A DNA stretch of 64,000 nucleotides. It comes from Octopus bimaculoides. Lineage: Eukaryota. The stretch spans positions 33,130,014 to 33,194,013 of the forward strand of contig NC_068995.1 of the NCBI RefSeq assembly GCF_001194135.2, given 5' to 3'. How positions within the stretch are numbered: the first letter of the stretch is position 1; every line of letters starts with the position of its first letter. Made by a program: the position numbers and the translations under genes. This document shows positions 11,993 to 23,021 of this stretch, one piece after another. The notes under the pieces are model-generated. The model did not search any database, had not been told where the DNA came from, and saw only the letters and a list, made by a program, of their open reading frames with translations.

Positions 11993-12250
11993 ATGAACCT
12001 AAATTACGGTATGTACACTCACGAAGTGATTGTGCATCAGAAGTTTGTAGATCTGACAAATAACGACGTCCACACGCAAAATGTGGAGAATACGTGGATG
12101 CGGGAGAAAAAAAAATTACGACGTCAATTTGGGACGTCAGACAAGCTATTCGTTTCATATTTACACGAGTTTATATGGAGGAATTTTGTACCAAAGAAAA
12201 AGACTTCTGCTCACTTTTTCGTGGCTATAGCTACATTAACAGTAAGTTGA
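11993..12250 (+). mobile_element. Merlin (IS1595-like) transposase C-terminal fragment
   Basis: VHTQNVENTWMREKKKLRRQFGTSDKLFVSYLHEFIWR matches the IS1595/Merlin motif HT..IE..W..K......YL.EF.WR. Confidence 0.85.
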
Positions 12251-12885
12251 CTTACTTATCTCCCCTTGTTCTCCCCCCCCCCCTTTAATTTTTATTCACT
12301 TTTTTAAACACCTTATACTGAAAGATTATCCTTGATTTTCTTGACTATTTCCAGTCATCTCGAATTCTACAACCGTGTATCATTATTACAGCATTGGTAA
12401 TGATGTTGACGATAACAACGAGGAAAACATCGTCATCATCATTGGATCATTTGACTGCCATGTTCCATGCTAATATGGGTTGAGCGGTTTCACAGGATCC
12501 GGTGAATCCTAGGACTACATATCAAGCTCTAGTGTCTGCATTGACATGGTCTCCAGAGCTTGATGCTTGCAAATCTATGAAGCCCGAGGCAAAACAAAAA
12601 TAAATGAATAAATATGGCAATCCGTTGATATTAGTACATAACGACATTCCCCAAAACAACCTTCCCTCATGAGAAAAAGTGGCTGAATGACATCGCCTCC
12701 TCACACCGGCACTCTGTAGACCAATATCGAAGGAATGCCATGTATTTAGATGTTAGAATGCTGTGATAACATGTTCCACTCGTGGTTGTGTTGTAGATTT
12801 TTAAAAGATAATTTACTTTATTGCTCTTCAAGTAACTCTGTTTATAGTTAGGTGTTCAGTTAACTCAATGGAGTTTTTTTCGCTT

Positions 12886-13030
12886 GGAGGCGCAATGGCC
12901 CGAGAACTACGTTAAGAGTACACGTGTCTGTGGAGTGCCCAGCCACTTGCACGTTAATTTCACGAGCAGGCTGTTCCGTTGATCGGATCAACTGGAACCC
13001 TCGACGTCGTAAGCGACGGAGTGCCAACAA
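12886..13030 (+). mobile_element. Internally deleted CORE-like SINE (type C)
   Basis: Head ggaggcgcaatggcc is joined directly to tail cgagaactacgttaag...gacggagtgcc. Compare the full copy at 46853-47174. Confidence 0.8.
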
Positions 13031-14074
13031 TGTGCCGGGACAATTGCAACTTTTGTCCCCGCCTCATAAATACGGCTCTGCCAATAAGATTTTCAACCAC
13101 AGTATTTGCCTCATTTCATCAAACAAAAATGATCTCATATTTAGAGCAGGGAAGAGTCCTCATATTTAGAGTTGTAGTGTAAGTCAACTAAAATGTAATT
13201 AACCAAGTGAAACTGAATCACAGTCAAGAAGCGCTTTGCTTTTCTGTGTTTATAACAAGCGCAGCAATAGGGAAAATACAAAAATGAAAGAATAGAGAAA
13301 ACAGTCGTTGTCAAACAATTACATATCGATCGATAATATAATTCAAAAACAAAAAAAAAGGAAATTAGAAATAACTTCGCTCACATTCAATAAACTGGCT
13401 TTGTTTTTGTAATTAATTCCATAAGAAAGTAAATAGACACATACAATATACACTTGAGAGAATTTTTTTTTTTTTTGCCTGCAAAGTGTTTGACAGAAAG
13501 TGATTTAATTAGTGACTTGCACTCATTTAACTATCCAATATGATATTGTAAAATCATAAGCGGAAAACAAGAAAGGTTCCGTTAATTAAGTAGAAGAATC
13601 TGTTAATCAAGTGGATTTTCCGGAATCTTTTCAATATATCAAATGTTTCCTGGTTAAGAAAAAAAAAAAGATGAAAAGAAATTGGTAAATTAAGTATGTG
13701 CTATTGTTCTGTGCATGAGTGTTGAACATAATACGAGATAAACAATTGAACGCAGGGAAAGTTGCTTCTCTATCATCACAAATTAATATTTAAAAACCTT
13801 TGCCTTTCATCCTTTCGAGTCGATAAAATAAGTCCCAGTTGAGCACTGAGGTCGATGTTATCGACTTACCCCCACCCCCACCAAAAAATAACTGTCCCTG
13901 CGCCACATTTTAAAACCAATATTTAAAAACATATTAAGTATTAATATAAAATGCGGATCTTTTCTGTTGTTGTCACAGTTTTCAATTCTTTTAATTTTGT
14001 TCCAATTGTTTTCAAATTTGGTGTACTGATGTAGTTGTGCATGCTAATAATGGAAATGAAATTCATTTTTGCAA

Positions 14075-14305
14075 TAAATTAATAAAAAGTTACGGAGCTG
14101 TACTTGCATAGCAAGTGACCTGATCTGAGATCGTGTGCTGGAACGCAAACAATTGCAGCGTGGAAGATGTTTATAAGCCATTTAAAATAACATACAAAAA
14201 CCGTTAGATTCACTTCAACATTTAAATTTAATTTGTCAAAATATTTTCGTCGTTTTGAGACCGCGACCTGTTCACTGACAAAATTCTGTGCTGCATCTGA
14301 GAAAG
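14075..14305 (-). mobile_element. Penelope-type terminal repeat carrying a hammerhead ribozyme
   Basis: Non-microsatellite segment containing the HHR at 14232-14282. Same strand as the GIY-YIG fragment ~1 kb upstream. Confidence 0.55.
14232..14282 (-). ncRNA. Minimal type I hammerhead ribozyme, G3:C8 core variant
   Basis: The minus strand reads UUUGUCA-GUGAACA-G-GUCG(11 nt)CGAC-GAA-AA(UA)UU-U-UGACAAA. Stem I 7 bp, stem II 4 bp, palindromic stem III, NUH = UUU. Confidence 0.7.
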
Positions 14306-15255
14306 TAATAGTTAGTTCATGATATATATGTACGTGCGTACGTACGTATGTATGTATGTATGTATGTATGTATGTATGTGTGTGTGTACATGTGTGTGCG
14401 TATGCATCTGTGTACATGCGTATGCATGCCTATATGTATGTATGTAAGTATGTACTTATGGATGTACGTGAGTAANNNNNNNNNNNNNNNNNNNNNNNNN
14501 NNNNNNNNNNNNNNNNNNNNNNNNNNNNNNNNNNNNNNNNNNNNNNNNNNNNNNNNNNNNNNNNNNNNNNNNNNNNNNNNNNNNNNNNNNATGACTGTTA
14601 CTTTGTTGAAGGTTGTATATACACATATACATATGCATATACATATATGTAGACACACACACACACATATATGTGTGTGTTCGTTTGTCCCTCTCACCAT
14701 CGTCTAACGGTGAATGGATACAACGTCTTAGATACATATAACCTTGCTTATACATATATACAAGTACAGACAATCATATAGACACTTACACACACTCACA
14801 AATATACGTATAATCTTAAAGTATACACGCATATACTCTTATCCATCACTACATATATACATATATACACACACACACATACATACTCGCATACTTATAT
14901 ACAAATATATGACACTAATACAAGGATAACGGTTAAAATTCAAATATGCACTTTTTTATTTTTTATTGTTTTTTATTATAATCTTTTTTTTTCACACATA
15001 CACATACCACACATAAATATATCTACACATACTCATACGTGCATGCATGTATATACTCATGCTGTCACATACACAACGCACAACACATACACATTCGTAC
15101 ACACACATCTACATACGCACACACACACATCTACACATACGTACATACATATCAAACTATAACTACATATATGTAATATGCATCTCAACATGTATGTATG
15201 GAATTCCACATGTAAAAGAGAGAAAAGGGTGGCTATAGAGGGGTACTCCCGAGTG

Positions 15256-15519
15256 GAATCTGGATGTTACCCCATTCGGATTTACGGTTGAGAGAGGGTT
15301 TGTATTCTTGTATACAGACAGCTTCAGTGACTTGTCTCAGCATTGCATCAGTGGGATGTGTGGATAAGATGTTTAATTTAAGTCTCTCGAAGGTTCCTTG
15401 TGGTAGTCTACAGCATGCTGATAGAAGATGGAGTTTGGTTTCTTTTCAATGTAGTTGTCCAGGTGTTCTTTGAACCTATCATTGATACTCCTAGAAGTCT
15501 CACCAATGTATGACTCTGG
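15256..15519 (-). pseudogene. Penelope-like element GIY-YIG endonuclease fragment (one frameshift)
   Basis: Manual translation gives PESYIGETSRSINDRFKEHLDNYIEKKPNSIFYQHAVDYHKEPSRD/KLNILSTHPTDAMLRQVTEAVCIQEYKPSLNRKSEWG, with the YIGET..R..EH and E..I...P.LN motifs. Missed by the ORF track. Confidence 0.9.
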
Positions 15520-15629
15520 GTTAGTCGCGCAAGCTCCTTCTTGTCACTTAATAAAAAGTTAATAGCTTTTAAAGTTTGCAATTTTTGGATAATTATAGCC
15601 AATCGAAAACCACAAACATATTGGTACCT

Positions 15630-15643
15630 GTTTCCATAGTAAC
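15630..15643. promoter_or_regulatory. RFX X-box motif, with a CCAAT box ~30 bp upstream
   Basis: GTTTCCATAGTAAC fits GTYNYY-AT-RGNAAC and CCAAT lies at 15599-15603. Function untested; the motif is inside the Merlin end. Confidence 0.4.
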
Positions 15644-16449
15644 AAACCATATACTGTTTAAACTACAACTACATGAATCATCTTTACCTGTCTATTTTCT
15701 TTGACAAGTGCCTCTTTTCTGAACGTTTGTACTACCTCATTTTTGTCATTTTCACCTGTATTTTTATTTTTTTTATTTTTAAGAAACAAAAGGATATTGT
15801 CAGTTGATGTCCTGTCATTAGTTCATTTTCATAATTTTGAACTGTGTATTCTCCTGGACTTTTTCAACTTGCATAAAAAAAAGATATAACCGCAGCCAAC
15901 TCTTTTAATCTTTCGAATTTTGATGGAGAAATTGAAAACCAAGGAGGATGTAGTTTTTTACTTGCAAAAGAAGGGTGTTATCACTAAAAGAAAATTATGT
16001 ACAAAAAGACACATTATGAACAAGAAGATGCTTCATAGGAAAATTTACTGGCAGTGCTTCTGAAAAGGATACAATGCGTGTGTGTCTGTCAAAGATACAT
16101 GATTGGAAAATGGCACCCTTCCTCTTAGGGCTGTACTGCTTTTTACCTGTACTCATGGATCAAGGAATTTACTTCAGTCTGGTTTGGTGTCAAAGAACTG
16201 GGGATGAGCCATTGCACAGCTATTGATTACAGCAGTTTGTTCATGAAATATGTGTGGATAACCTACTCTGCAACGCAGTTCAGATGGATGGTCCTGGGAA
16301 AATTGTTGAGATAGACAAAACAATCTTCCCAAGATGTAAATACAACTGAGGAAGGGTGTTTGCTATCCAAGCAGTGAGCTTGCAGAGGAGTGTGTTGTGA
16401 GACCAGACATGTTTTCCTTTATGTGGCACCCCATCGCAACACACTAGAA

Positions 16450-16714
16450 CAGTGGTTCCCAACCCGCAGTTTATGGACCCCCGGTGGTCCGCAAAGATAG
16501 TACTGGAGGTCTGTGAACTAAAATCAAAATTTCGTGTGTGTATATATCATCATCATCATCATCATCGTTTAACGTCCGCTTTCCATGCTAGCATGGGTTG
16601 GACGATTTGACTGAGGGCTGGTGCAACCGGATGGCTACACCAGGCTCCAATCTAATTTGGCAGAGTTTCTACAGCTGGATGCCCTTCCTAACGCCAACCA
16701 CTCAGAGAGTGTAG

Positions 16715-16755
<41 letters not shown>

Positions 16756-16851
16756 TACATACATACATAAGGATAAGAATATCCTGGGGTCTATGGGAAA
16801 ACTAATTTAAATAAAAGGGGTCCTTGGTAGTGAAAAGGTTGGGAACTACTG
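16450..16851. mobile_element. hAT (Charlie-like) MITE with a nested RTE 3' tail (16547-16716) and TA repeat
   Basis: TIR CAGTGGTTCCCAACC / GGTTGGGAACTACTG. 8-bp TSD cactagaa/aactagag with a CTAG core typical of Charlie-group hATs. Confidence 0.85.
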
Positions 16852-17617
16852 AACTAGAGGAATGTATACGTCAGTCAGGTCTAGGAACCACAATTTTCAG
16901 TGAGTTGTGGACTCCTGAAATTGATGATTATAATTTTTGACATAGAACAGAGCACCATAGCATTGTGTTTATTGACTCAAAAGAGTATAGTTTGTATTTT
17001 TGTAATTTTATGCAAAAATTTTTTTTAAATCATTGCAGATTTTTCCTTATTATTTTGTTTACATACCTCTTCTAACATTTCACATAACTTTATTTGTTGA
17101 AACTTAATAAAAACTTCAAAGCTTCTTACAAGTTTGCCGCCGTAATGTTGTCATAAACAGCTATTGTGCACAAAATGCCAGCTTCCAAATCCTGTTTTCT
17201 GATTGGGTAAAAATTATCAAACTTTAAGCCTCAGTAACATTTTTCAAAAATTTTTTCTAAAACAAATGAATAACAAAATCTGATTCAGCATGAAAAATTA
17301 CATCTATATAGCAAATTTTTTAATTTTCACTTAATTTAAAAATTTTTTAAACTGTGACAGCAACAATAAAAATTCTGAACTGTTATTATTAACATTAGAT
17401 ATAAGCATTTTTCATTTTATTAATACAAAATATTTTTTATAGATGTAATCTTTTTACATTTATAGATGTGAGTCATGTGTGTGTGTGTGACTCTCATACA
17501 GTAAGTGATGCTTAAATTGATCACCATTTTCAATTGATTTTATTGAACCAATGAGAAACCAAATATTTTTTCAGCCATGCTGGTTATGTATACCAGAACT
17601 AAAAGACTTTCACTTAA

Positions 17618-17837
17618 CTCTTTAACATTCACATTCGTCTATTAAATGTAATGCTTATTGATTTACATTATTTTGAATTATTCACACATTATCCTGTAGC
17701 TTCATTATTTCAATGATGTGGTTATTTATTTTTAGAATAACATATTAGGGTAGGTGTGAGAAGCCAGATCTGGCCAGTTTGAACACAAAACAGGTAGAAT
17801 ATCTGGGCCAGATATGGTTGGTTTAAATGCTAAAGGA
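17618..17837. mobile_element. Degenerate piggyBac-type MITE
   Basis: TTAA-ctctttaacattc ... aatgctaaagg inverted termini. The right TTAA has decayed. Confidence 0.55.
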
Positions 17838-18215
17838 TGACTTTACTCTACTTTACTTTGACAAGATGGTTGCAAGCTTTTGTTTCACTCTCATACCAAG
17901 TAGAACATAATGAAATCAACACAAGCTTTGTAGCTGGTGTAAAATATTAGAGATGTGATATACAGAAAAAGACATCAAATTGCAGTGTCTCATTTTCAAT
18001 AAATTGCCATACTTTACATATTGAATTCTCTTCACTTTGATTCAGTACATGTTCTTGAATTAAAAAGCTTATTTTGTGACTCAAACTTTAAACCTCTGTA
18101 TCATTTTTCAAAAAATTTTTCTAGAACAAATGAAAAACAAAATCTGATTCAGCATGAAAAATTACATCTATATAGCAAATTTTTTAATTATACTTATATT
18201 TAAAAGGCCAATGTA

Positions 18216-18596
18216 CAGGGTGTCCACAAAGTTTGGGTACATGGAGTAAATAAAATCATGAATTGGAAGAAGGGATCATGTGGAATGGTCCCCTCGTTCA
18301 CCAGACCTTTCTCCCCTTCTTTTTCTGGGCTATGGTGAATGAGAAAGTTTACTCAATAAAGATTACAGATTTAAACCACATGAGATAACGCATTACCAGT
18401 CAGTGTACTGAAATTGATGGCAATGTAAACTTATTTAATCGAGTTCACCTGAATTTTGCAAGGTGCATCAAGTTATGCATTGAAAATGATGGAAATCATT
18501 TTGAAAATACTATTTATTAACATTAAAATTAAATAAAATTGTTTTGTTTTAAAAGTATGTGTTAATCCCATGTACCCAGACTTTGTGGACACCCTG
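18216..18596 (+). mobile_element. Tc1/mariner deletion derivative with intact TIRs
   Basis: TA-CAGGGTGTCCACAAAGTTTGGGTACATGG ... CCATGTACCCAGACTTTGTGGACACCCTG-TA. Internal WSPRSPDLSP...RCIKLCIENDGNHFE. Confidence 0.9.
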
Positions 18597-18766
18597 TATA
18601 ATACATGCTTTACAAAATAGAGGAGTACCAGGACTTCCAATATACTCTAGGATCAAAAAAGAGCTTTACAGTCTGTCATAGTCAAATTTAAGCTCCCACC
18701 TACCAAATGACCTGCACAGTTTTTTTCTTTTCTTTTGTGGATGTAAACTTAAATAGTATTTTGCAG

Positions 18767-18832
18767 TTGAAAATGGAGATGGCCAAGTTACTTGTGGAAC
18801 ATGCTAACTTCCATGTGCAATCTGAAAACAGT
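18767..18832 (+). CDS. Candidate coding exon of the host gene
   Basis: TTTTGCAG acceptor, LKMEMAKLLVEHANFHVQSENS, GTAAAT donor. Phase 0 is compatible with the 7501-7655 exon. Confidence 0.35.
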
Positions 18833-18914
18833 GTAAATTATTTATCTCTCTAAGGTTTAACATATTTATGCTTCTTTAGGTGTTTCAGTCTCAATGATAA
18901 CACATGATAAGAAA

Positions 18915-19140
18915 GGCATGACATTGGTTTCAAATTTTGGCACAAGGCCAGCAATTTTGAAGGAGATGGGTCAGTTGATTGCATCAACCCCGGTGCTCTA
19001 CTGGTACTTACTTTGTTGACTCTGAAAGGATGAATGGTAAAGTCAGCCTTAGCGGAATTTGAACTCAAAATGTAAAGATGGATGAAATGCCACTAAGCAT
19101 TTTGCCCAATGTGATTACAATTCTGCCAGCTCACTGCCTT
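18915..19140 (-). mobile_element. SINE type B, CpG-decayed
   Basis: Reverse complement of the 4731 family (ctggtactta...gaaaggatgaa...aatttgaactc...gccagctc). Confidence 0.85.
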
Positions 19141-20129
19141 TGAAAGGCATCATATTGACATCTTTAAAACAAGTGGAGAAGCAACAATTGTCCTAGGAGA
19201 GACAGTATATAAAAGAAGGTGTATCTTGCTAGTAAGCAGATGTTCACTATATTGAGGAATTTTAGCTTTGATGTCATCAATCCATAACACTTTCTTGTTC
19301 TTTTGGCACTACCGCCTTTCACTTCCACTTGATTGCCTCTTCTAGACATTGTGAATAACTACACTGAATATATTTGTAGTTAAATCCAACAGCCGCAGAG
19401 ACAGGCGAGAAGTCCACACCAAATAGTAAAACAGTAAAATCCAAGGAAAGTGGTGATGTTCTGCATAAAAAAACCCCAGTTATTTTATTACTTTGAATGC
19501 AACAAATCACACACACACACACATGCACGTGCGCACACATACACATTTGATGTGACATTTTAATATGTCCAACTGCTTCTCTTACCATTTTAATGCCATT
19601 CTCTATAGATTTTTATTGCTTAAATTTTTAATGGAGTGGAGGAGTGATGCTGAAAGGTAGGTGTTGTACAATGTGGGAGGAATTAATGTATGATTAAAGT
19701 TAGTAACAAGACCTAAGGCAAGAATTTTGAGAACAAAACAAACGAAGGTAAGTTGAATTGGAGCACACGTAAATATGGTAGGCATGTAAGGGGAGTGAAT
19801 AGTTATTCGCAAAAAAGTTTGGAGCAATGGAAAACAAAGAATGGGAGAGGAGGAGGTCTCAAGCAGGTGTTAGCAATAATCTTTAGAACAGAGAAAAATA
19901 AAACAAAAATTTTTAAGGAAAGCTGCAAATAAATTTTTAATCAAAGGGGTTGAGTGAATTTCTTCTTAACAATACAAGAAATGATGACTCTATTTAATAC
20001 ATGATAAATAACAGGGAAGCGATCTGAACATATGAAACTACTTCACTTTAATAAAATGTTTAAAAGGACAGAAGTTTATATACCTGGCTTCCTAATGTAT
20101 ACCTTTCTTTCTAAGTTAGTCACAATAAG

Positions 20130-20500
20130 AAAGACTTGCTGATATACAAAAGACAATCCTGGAGTGTCTGTAACATGTTTGACATCTTGCAAACAAGTAT
20201 TTCAAAGTCAAAACAAGGTTGGCCTTCTTCAAGGTGTGTGTAGAGAACATTTTCCTTTATGGAGCTGAAGAAGGGACTTCAACATCACAGTGACAGCACA
20301 TACACCCATACACCAAGCTTCTCATGAAAGCTTAAAACACCTCATACCTGAACATGAAACCAAAGAGAAGATTTATGAACACGTTCCACCCAGCTCTACT
20401 ATTGTTATGCAAGGTAGGGTAGGCTTTGCTGGCTTCTGTTATTGTGTTCAACACCAGACCACATCAGATGTTATATTTTGGAAACTTCCATACCATAATA
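20130..20500 (+). mobile_element. Old RTE-like LINE fragment (post-RT region)
   Basis: FFKVCVENIFLYGAE...YTKLLMKA...IYEHVPPSS..GRVGFAGF...SDVIFWKLP, with stops and frameshifts. Confidence 0.7.
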
Positions 20501-20525
20501 GATGACTAATAAAAAATTACTCAAC

Positions 20526-20689
20526 TAGGCACAGGAGTGGCTGTGTGGTAAGTAGCTTGCTTACCAACCACATGGTTCTGGGTTCAGTCCCACTGCATGT
20601 CACCTTGGGCAAGTGTCTTCTACTATAGCCTCGGGCCGACCAAAGCCTTGTGAGTGGATTTGGTAGACGGAAACTGAAAGAAGCCCGTC

Positions 20690-20736
<47 letters not shown>

Positions 20737-20970
20737 CATGTGATGTGTGTGTGTGTATGTTTGTGTGTTTGTGTTTGTCCCCCTAGCATTGCTTGACAAC
20801 TGATGCTGGTGTGTTTATGTCCCCGTCACTTAGCAGTTCGACAAAGAGAGACCGATAGAATAAGTACTAGGCTTACAAAGAATAAGTCCCGAGGTCAATT
20901 TGCTCGACTAAAGGTGGTGCTCCAGCATGGCCACAGTCAAATGACTGAAACAAGTAAAAGAGTAAAAGAG
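20526..20970 (+). mobile_element. Full-length SINE type A (tRNA head, Meta-like body, TA/TG repeat, tail)
   Basis: A/B-box-like head (tgtgtggtaag...gggttcagtccc), body ttgggcaagtgtcttctactatagcctcgggccgaccaaagccttgtgagtggatttggtagacgg, tail ending (gtaaaaga)2. Confidence 0.9.
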
Positions 20971-21291
20971 TATATTGAAGTTATTAGCAGAAATGCACAA
21001 CATGAAATTGAAGAACTACAAAAGCTTGTCAGGTGGGGCAGAAATTCCTGGTGTGGCATGGGGAAATGCATATCAGGATGGACACGAGGAGGATGGTGTA
21101 GAAGCCATGGTGGCAGTGACAACAGTGGTGCTTGATGATGATGATGATGATGAAGATGCATAAAGGTTCCTATGCGCATAATATGGTATATACACTTCTT
21201 TCCTTCTTCAATTCCTCCTTAGAAATATATTCTTATAATGCTTCTTTTATTATTGATCTTTCTTCTTCCTCTTCCCCTCTTCACTACCTAG

Positions 21292-21343
21292 TTTTTCAAA
21301 TGTGTCAAGCACTGACCACTTCTGCTTTCAACTGGTTTCCCAG
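21292..21343 (+). CDS. Candidate 52-nt exon
   Basis: Long pyrimidine tract + TAG acceptor and CAG|GTAATT donor. Two open frames (FQMCQALTTSAFNWFP or FSNVSSTDHFCFQLVSQ). Confidence 0.35.
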
Positions 21344-21771
21344 GTAATTTTTACAGGCAATGTAGAAGTCATAGGTAGTCACATGAACATCATGCTTGAT
21401 AGTGCATGGACTAACATTGCACTTTTAAATACACATCTAAGGCACTAACACATACACATTTGTGTATACGATATTTTCCCTTTACTAACAAGTAACATGT
21501 ACGCTAATATATCATTGTCAAGCATTCATAAATTTATGGAAGTGTTTCCAGTCTTGTATACAGAATCATCTATTCATGCATAAATACATAATTACCCACA
21601 CACAATTATCCACACATAATCATCCACGCACTCTCTCTCTCTCTTTCTCTTTCTCACACACACACACACATACACATATCATCATCATCATTGTCATCAT
21701 TTAATAACCATTTTCCATGTTCACATGGTTGGACAGTTTGACAGGAGCTGGCTAGCCAACATATATGCATA

Positions 21772-21829
<58 letters not shown>

Positions 21830-21832
<3 letters not shown>

Positions 21833-22060
21833 TGTCCATTTTTTCCTGTCTTGGTTTGTGTTTGCCACCTTCGAATCCTCTGTTTAGTGGGTCGATCCAC
21901 TACTCAGGAAGAGACCATTCTAGAGTACGTTCTGCCTTATCTTCGAAACGTCTAGTTAGAATAGAGGCAGCTGACGAAGGATTAATTCCAAGTGGCTATC
22001 TGTTTTCCTATGTGTTTGTTCCGTGGTCTGTAGTTCATTGTTCTAACATCCTGTACCCTG
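21830..22060 (+). mobile_element. Penelope-type terminal-repeat-like segment with unpaired HHR half-motifs
   Basis: Contains ttcGAAACGTC and CTGACGAagga-ttaat-tcc, but I could not fold a complete ribozyme. Confidence 0.4.
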
Positions 22061-22885
22061 ATATGCATCTATATGCACATGTAGATGTAAGTATGTACAT
22101 ATATGTGTGTATACATGCATATATATATATATATATATATATAGATAGATAGATATATNNNNNNNNNNNNNNNNNNNNNNNNNNNNNNNNNNNNNNNNNN
22201 NNNNNNNNNNNNNNNNNNNNNNNNNNNNNNNNNNNNNNNNNNNNNNNNNNNNNNNNNNNNNNNNNNNNNNNNNNNNNNNNNNNNNNNNNNNNNNNNNNNN
22301 NNNNNNNNNNNNNNNNNNNNNNNNNNNNNNNNNNNNNNNNNNNNNNNNNNNNNNNNNNNNNNNNNNNNNNNNNNNNNNNNNNNNNNNNNNNNNNNNNNNN
22401 NNNNNNNNNNNNNNNNNNNNNNNNNNNNNNNNNNNNNNNNNNNNNNNNNNNNNNNNNNNNNNNNNNNNNNNNNNNNNNNNNNNNNNNNNNNNNNNNNNNN
22501 NNNNNNNNNNNNNNNNNNNNNNNNNNNNNNNNNNNNNNNNNNNNNNNNNNNNNNNNNNNNNNNNNNNNNNNNNNNNNNNNNNNNNNNNNNNNNNNNNNNN
22601 NNNNNNNNNNNNNNNNNNNNNNNNNNNNNNNNNNNNNNNNNNNNNNNNNNNNNNNNNNNNNNNNNNNNNNNNNNNNNNNNNNNNNNNNNNNNNNNNNNNN
22701 NNNNNNNNNNNNNNNNNNNNNNNNNNNNNNNNNNNNNNNGCAGACAGTGTATTCCGTTGATTAATTTGTTTATTTTATAACTAAAATGACAAAAACCACA
22801 ATATACAGATGCTTATGACATACCATGTCATATTAACAATTAAGGTTACAAATATAAAGTACATTTAGCAATTGGAGAATATACA

Positions 22886-23021
22886 GAAACTTACAGCTGT
22901 TTCGGCCTAGCGTTGGCATGCCCCATTCTATCTCTATAGCTCTTGTGCGCCGGAGTAATTAGCAGATGAAAATGATGTAATGGGGGTACATGCATGATTC
23001 GCTAGGCCTCTTCAGAGATTC
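22886..23021 (-). ncRNA. Type I hammerhead ribozyme with an extended stem II
   Basis: Minus strand GAAUCU-CUGAAGA-GGCCUAGCG(87 nt)CGCUAGGCC-GAA-AC(AGCU)GU-A-AGUUUC. Canonical core, 9-bp stem II, palindromic ACAGCUGU, GUA site, stem I 5/6 bp. Confidence 0.85.

Larger units (their letters stand above)
15560..17235 (+). mobile_element. Decayed Merlin transposon interrupted by an hAT-type MITE
   Basis: From ATG 15923: MEKLKTKEDVVFYLQKKGVI...QMDGPGKIVEIDKTIFPRCKYN*GR, resuming at ~16852 LEECIRQSGLGTTIFSELW..HRTEHHSIVFID. Subterminal inverted similarity between ~15565-15610 and ~17195-17230. Confidence 0.8.

Noticed and set aside
19164-19588. Overlapping minus-strand ORFs resembling a frameshifted membrane protein
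   Set aside because: No recognisable motif or splice support, and part of it is a microsatellite.
20937-21179. His-rich, Asp-rich and coiled-coil-like ORFs
   Set aside because: Driven by a (GAT)n repeat and a SINE tail, with no pyrimidine tract for an acceptor.
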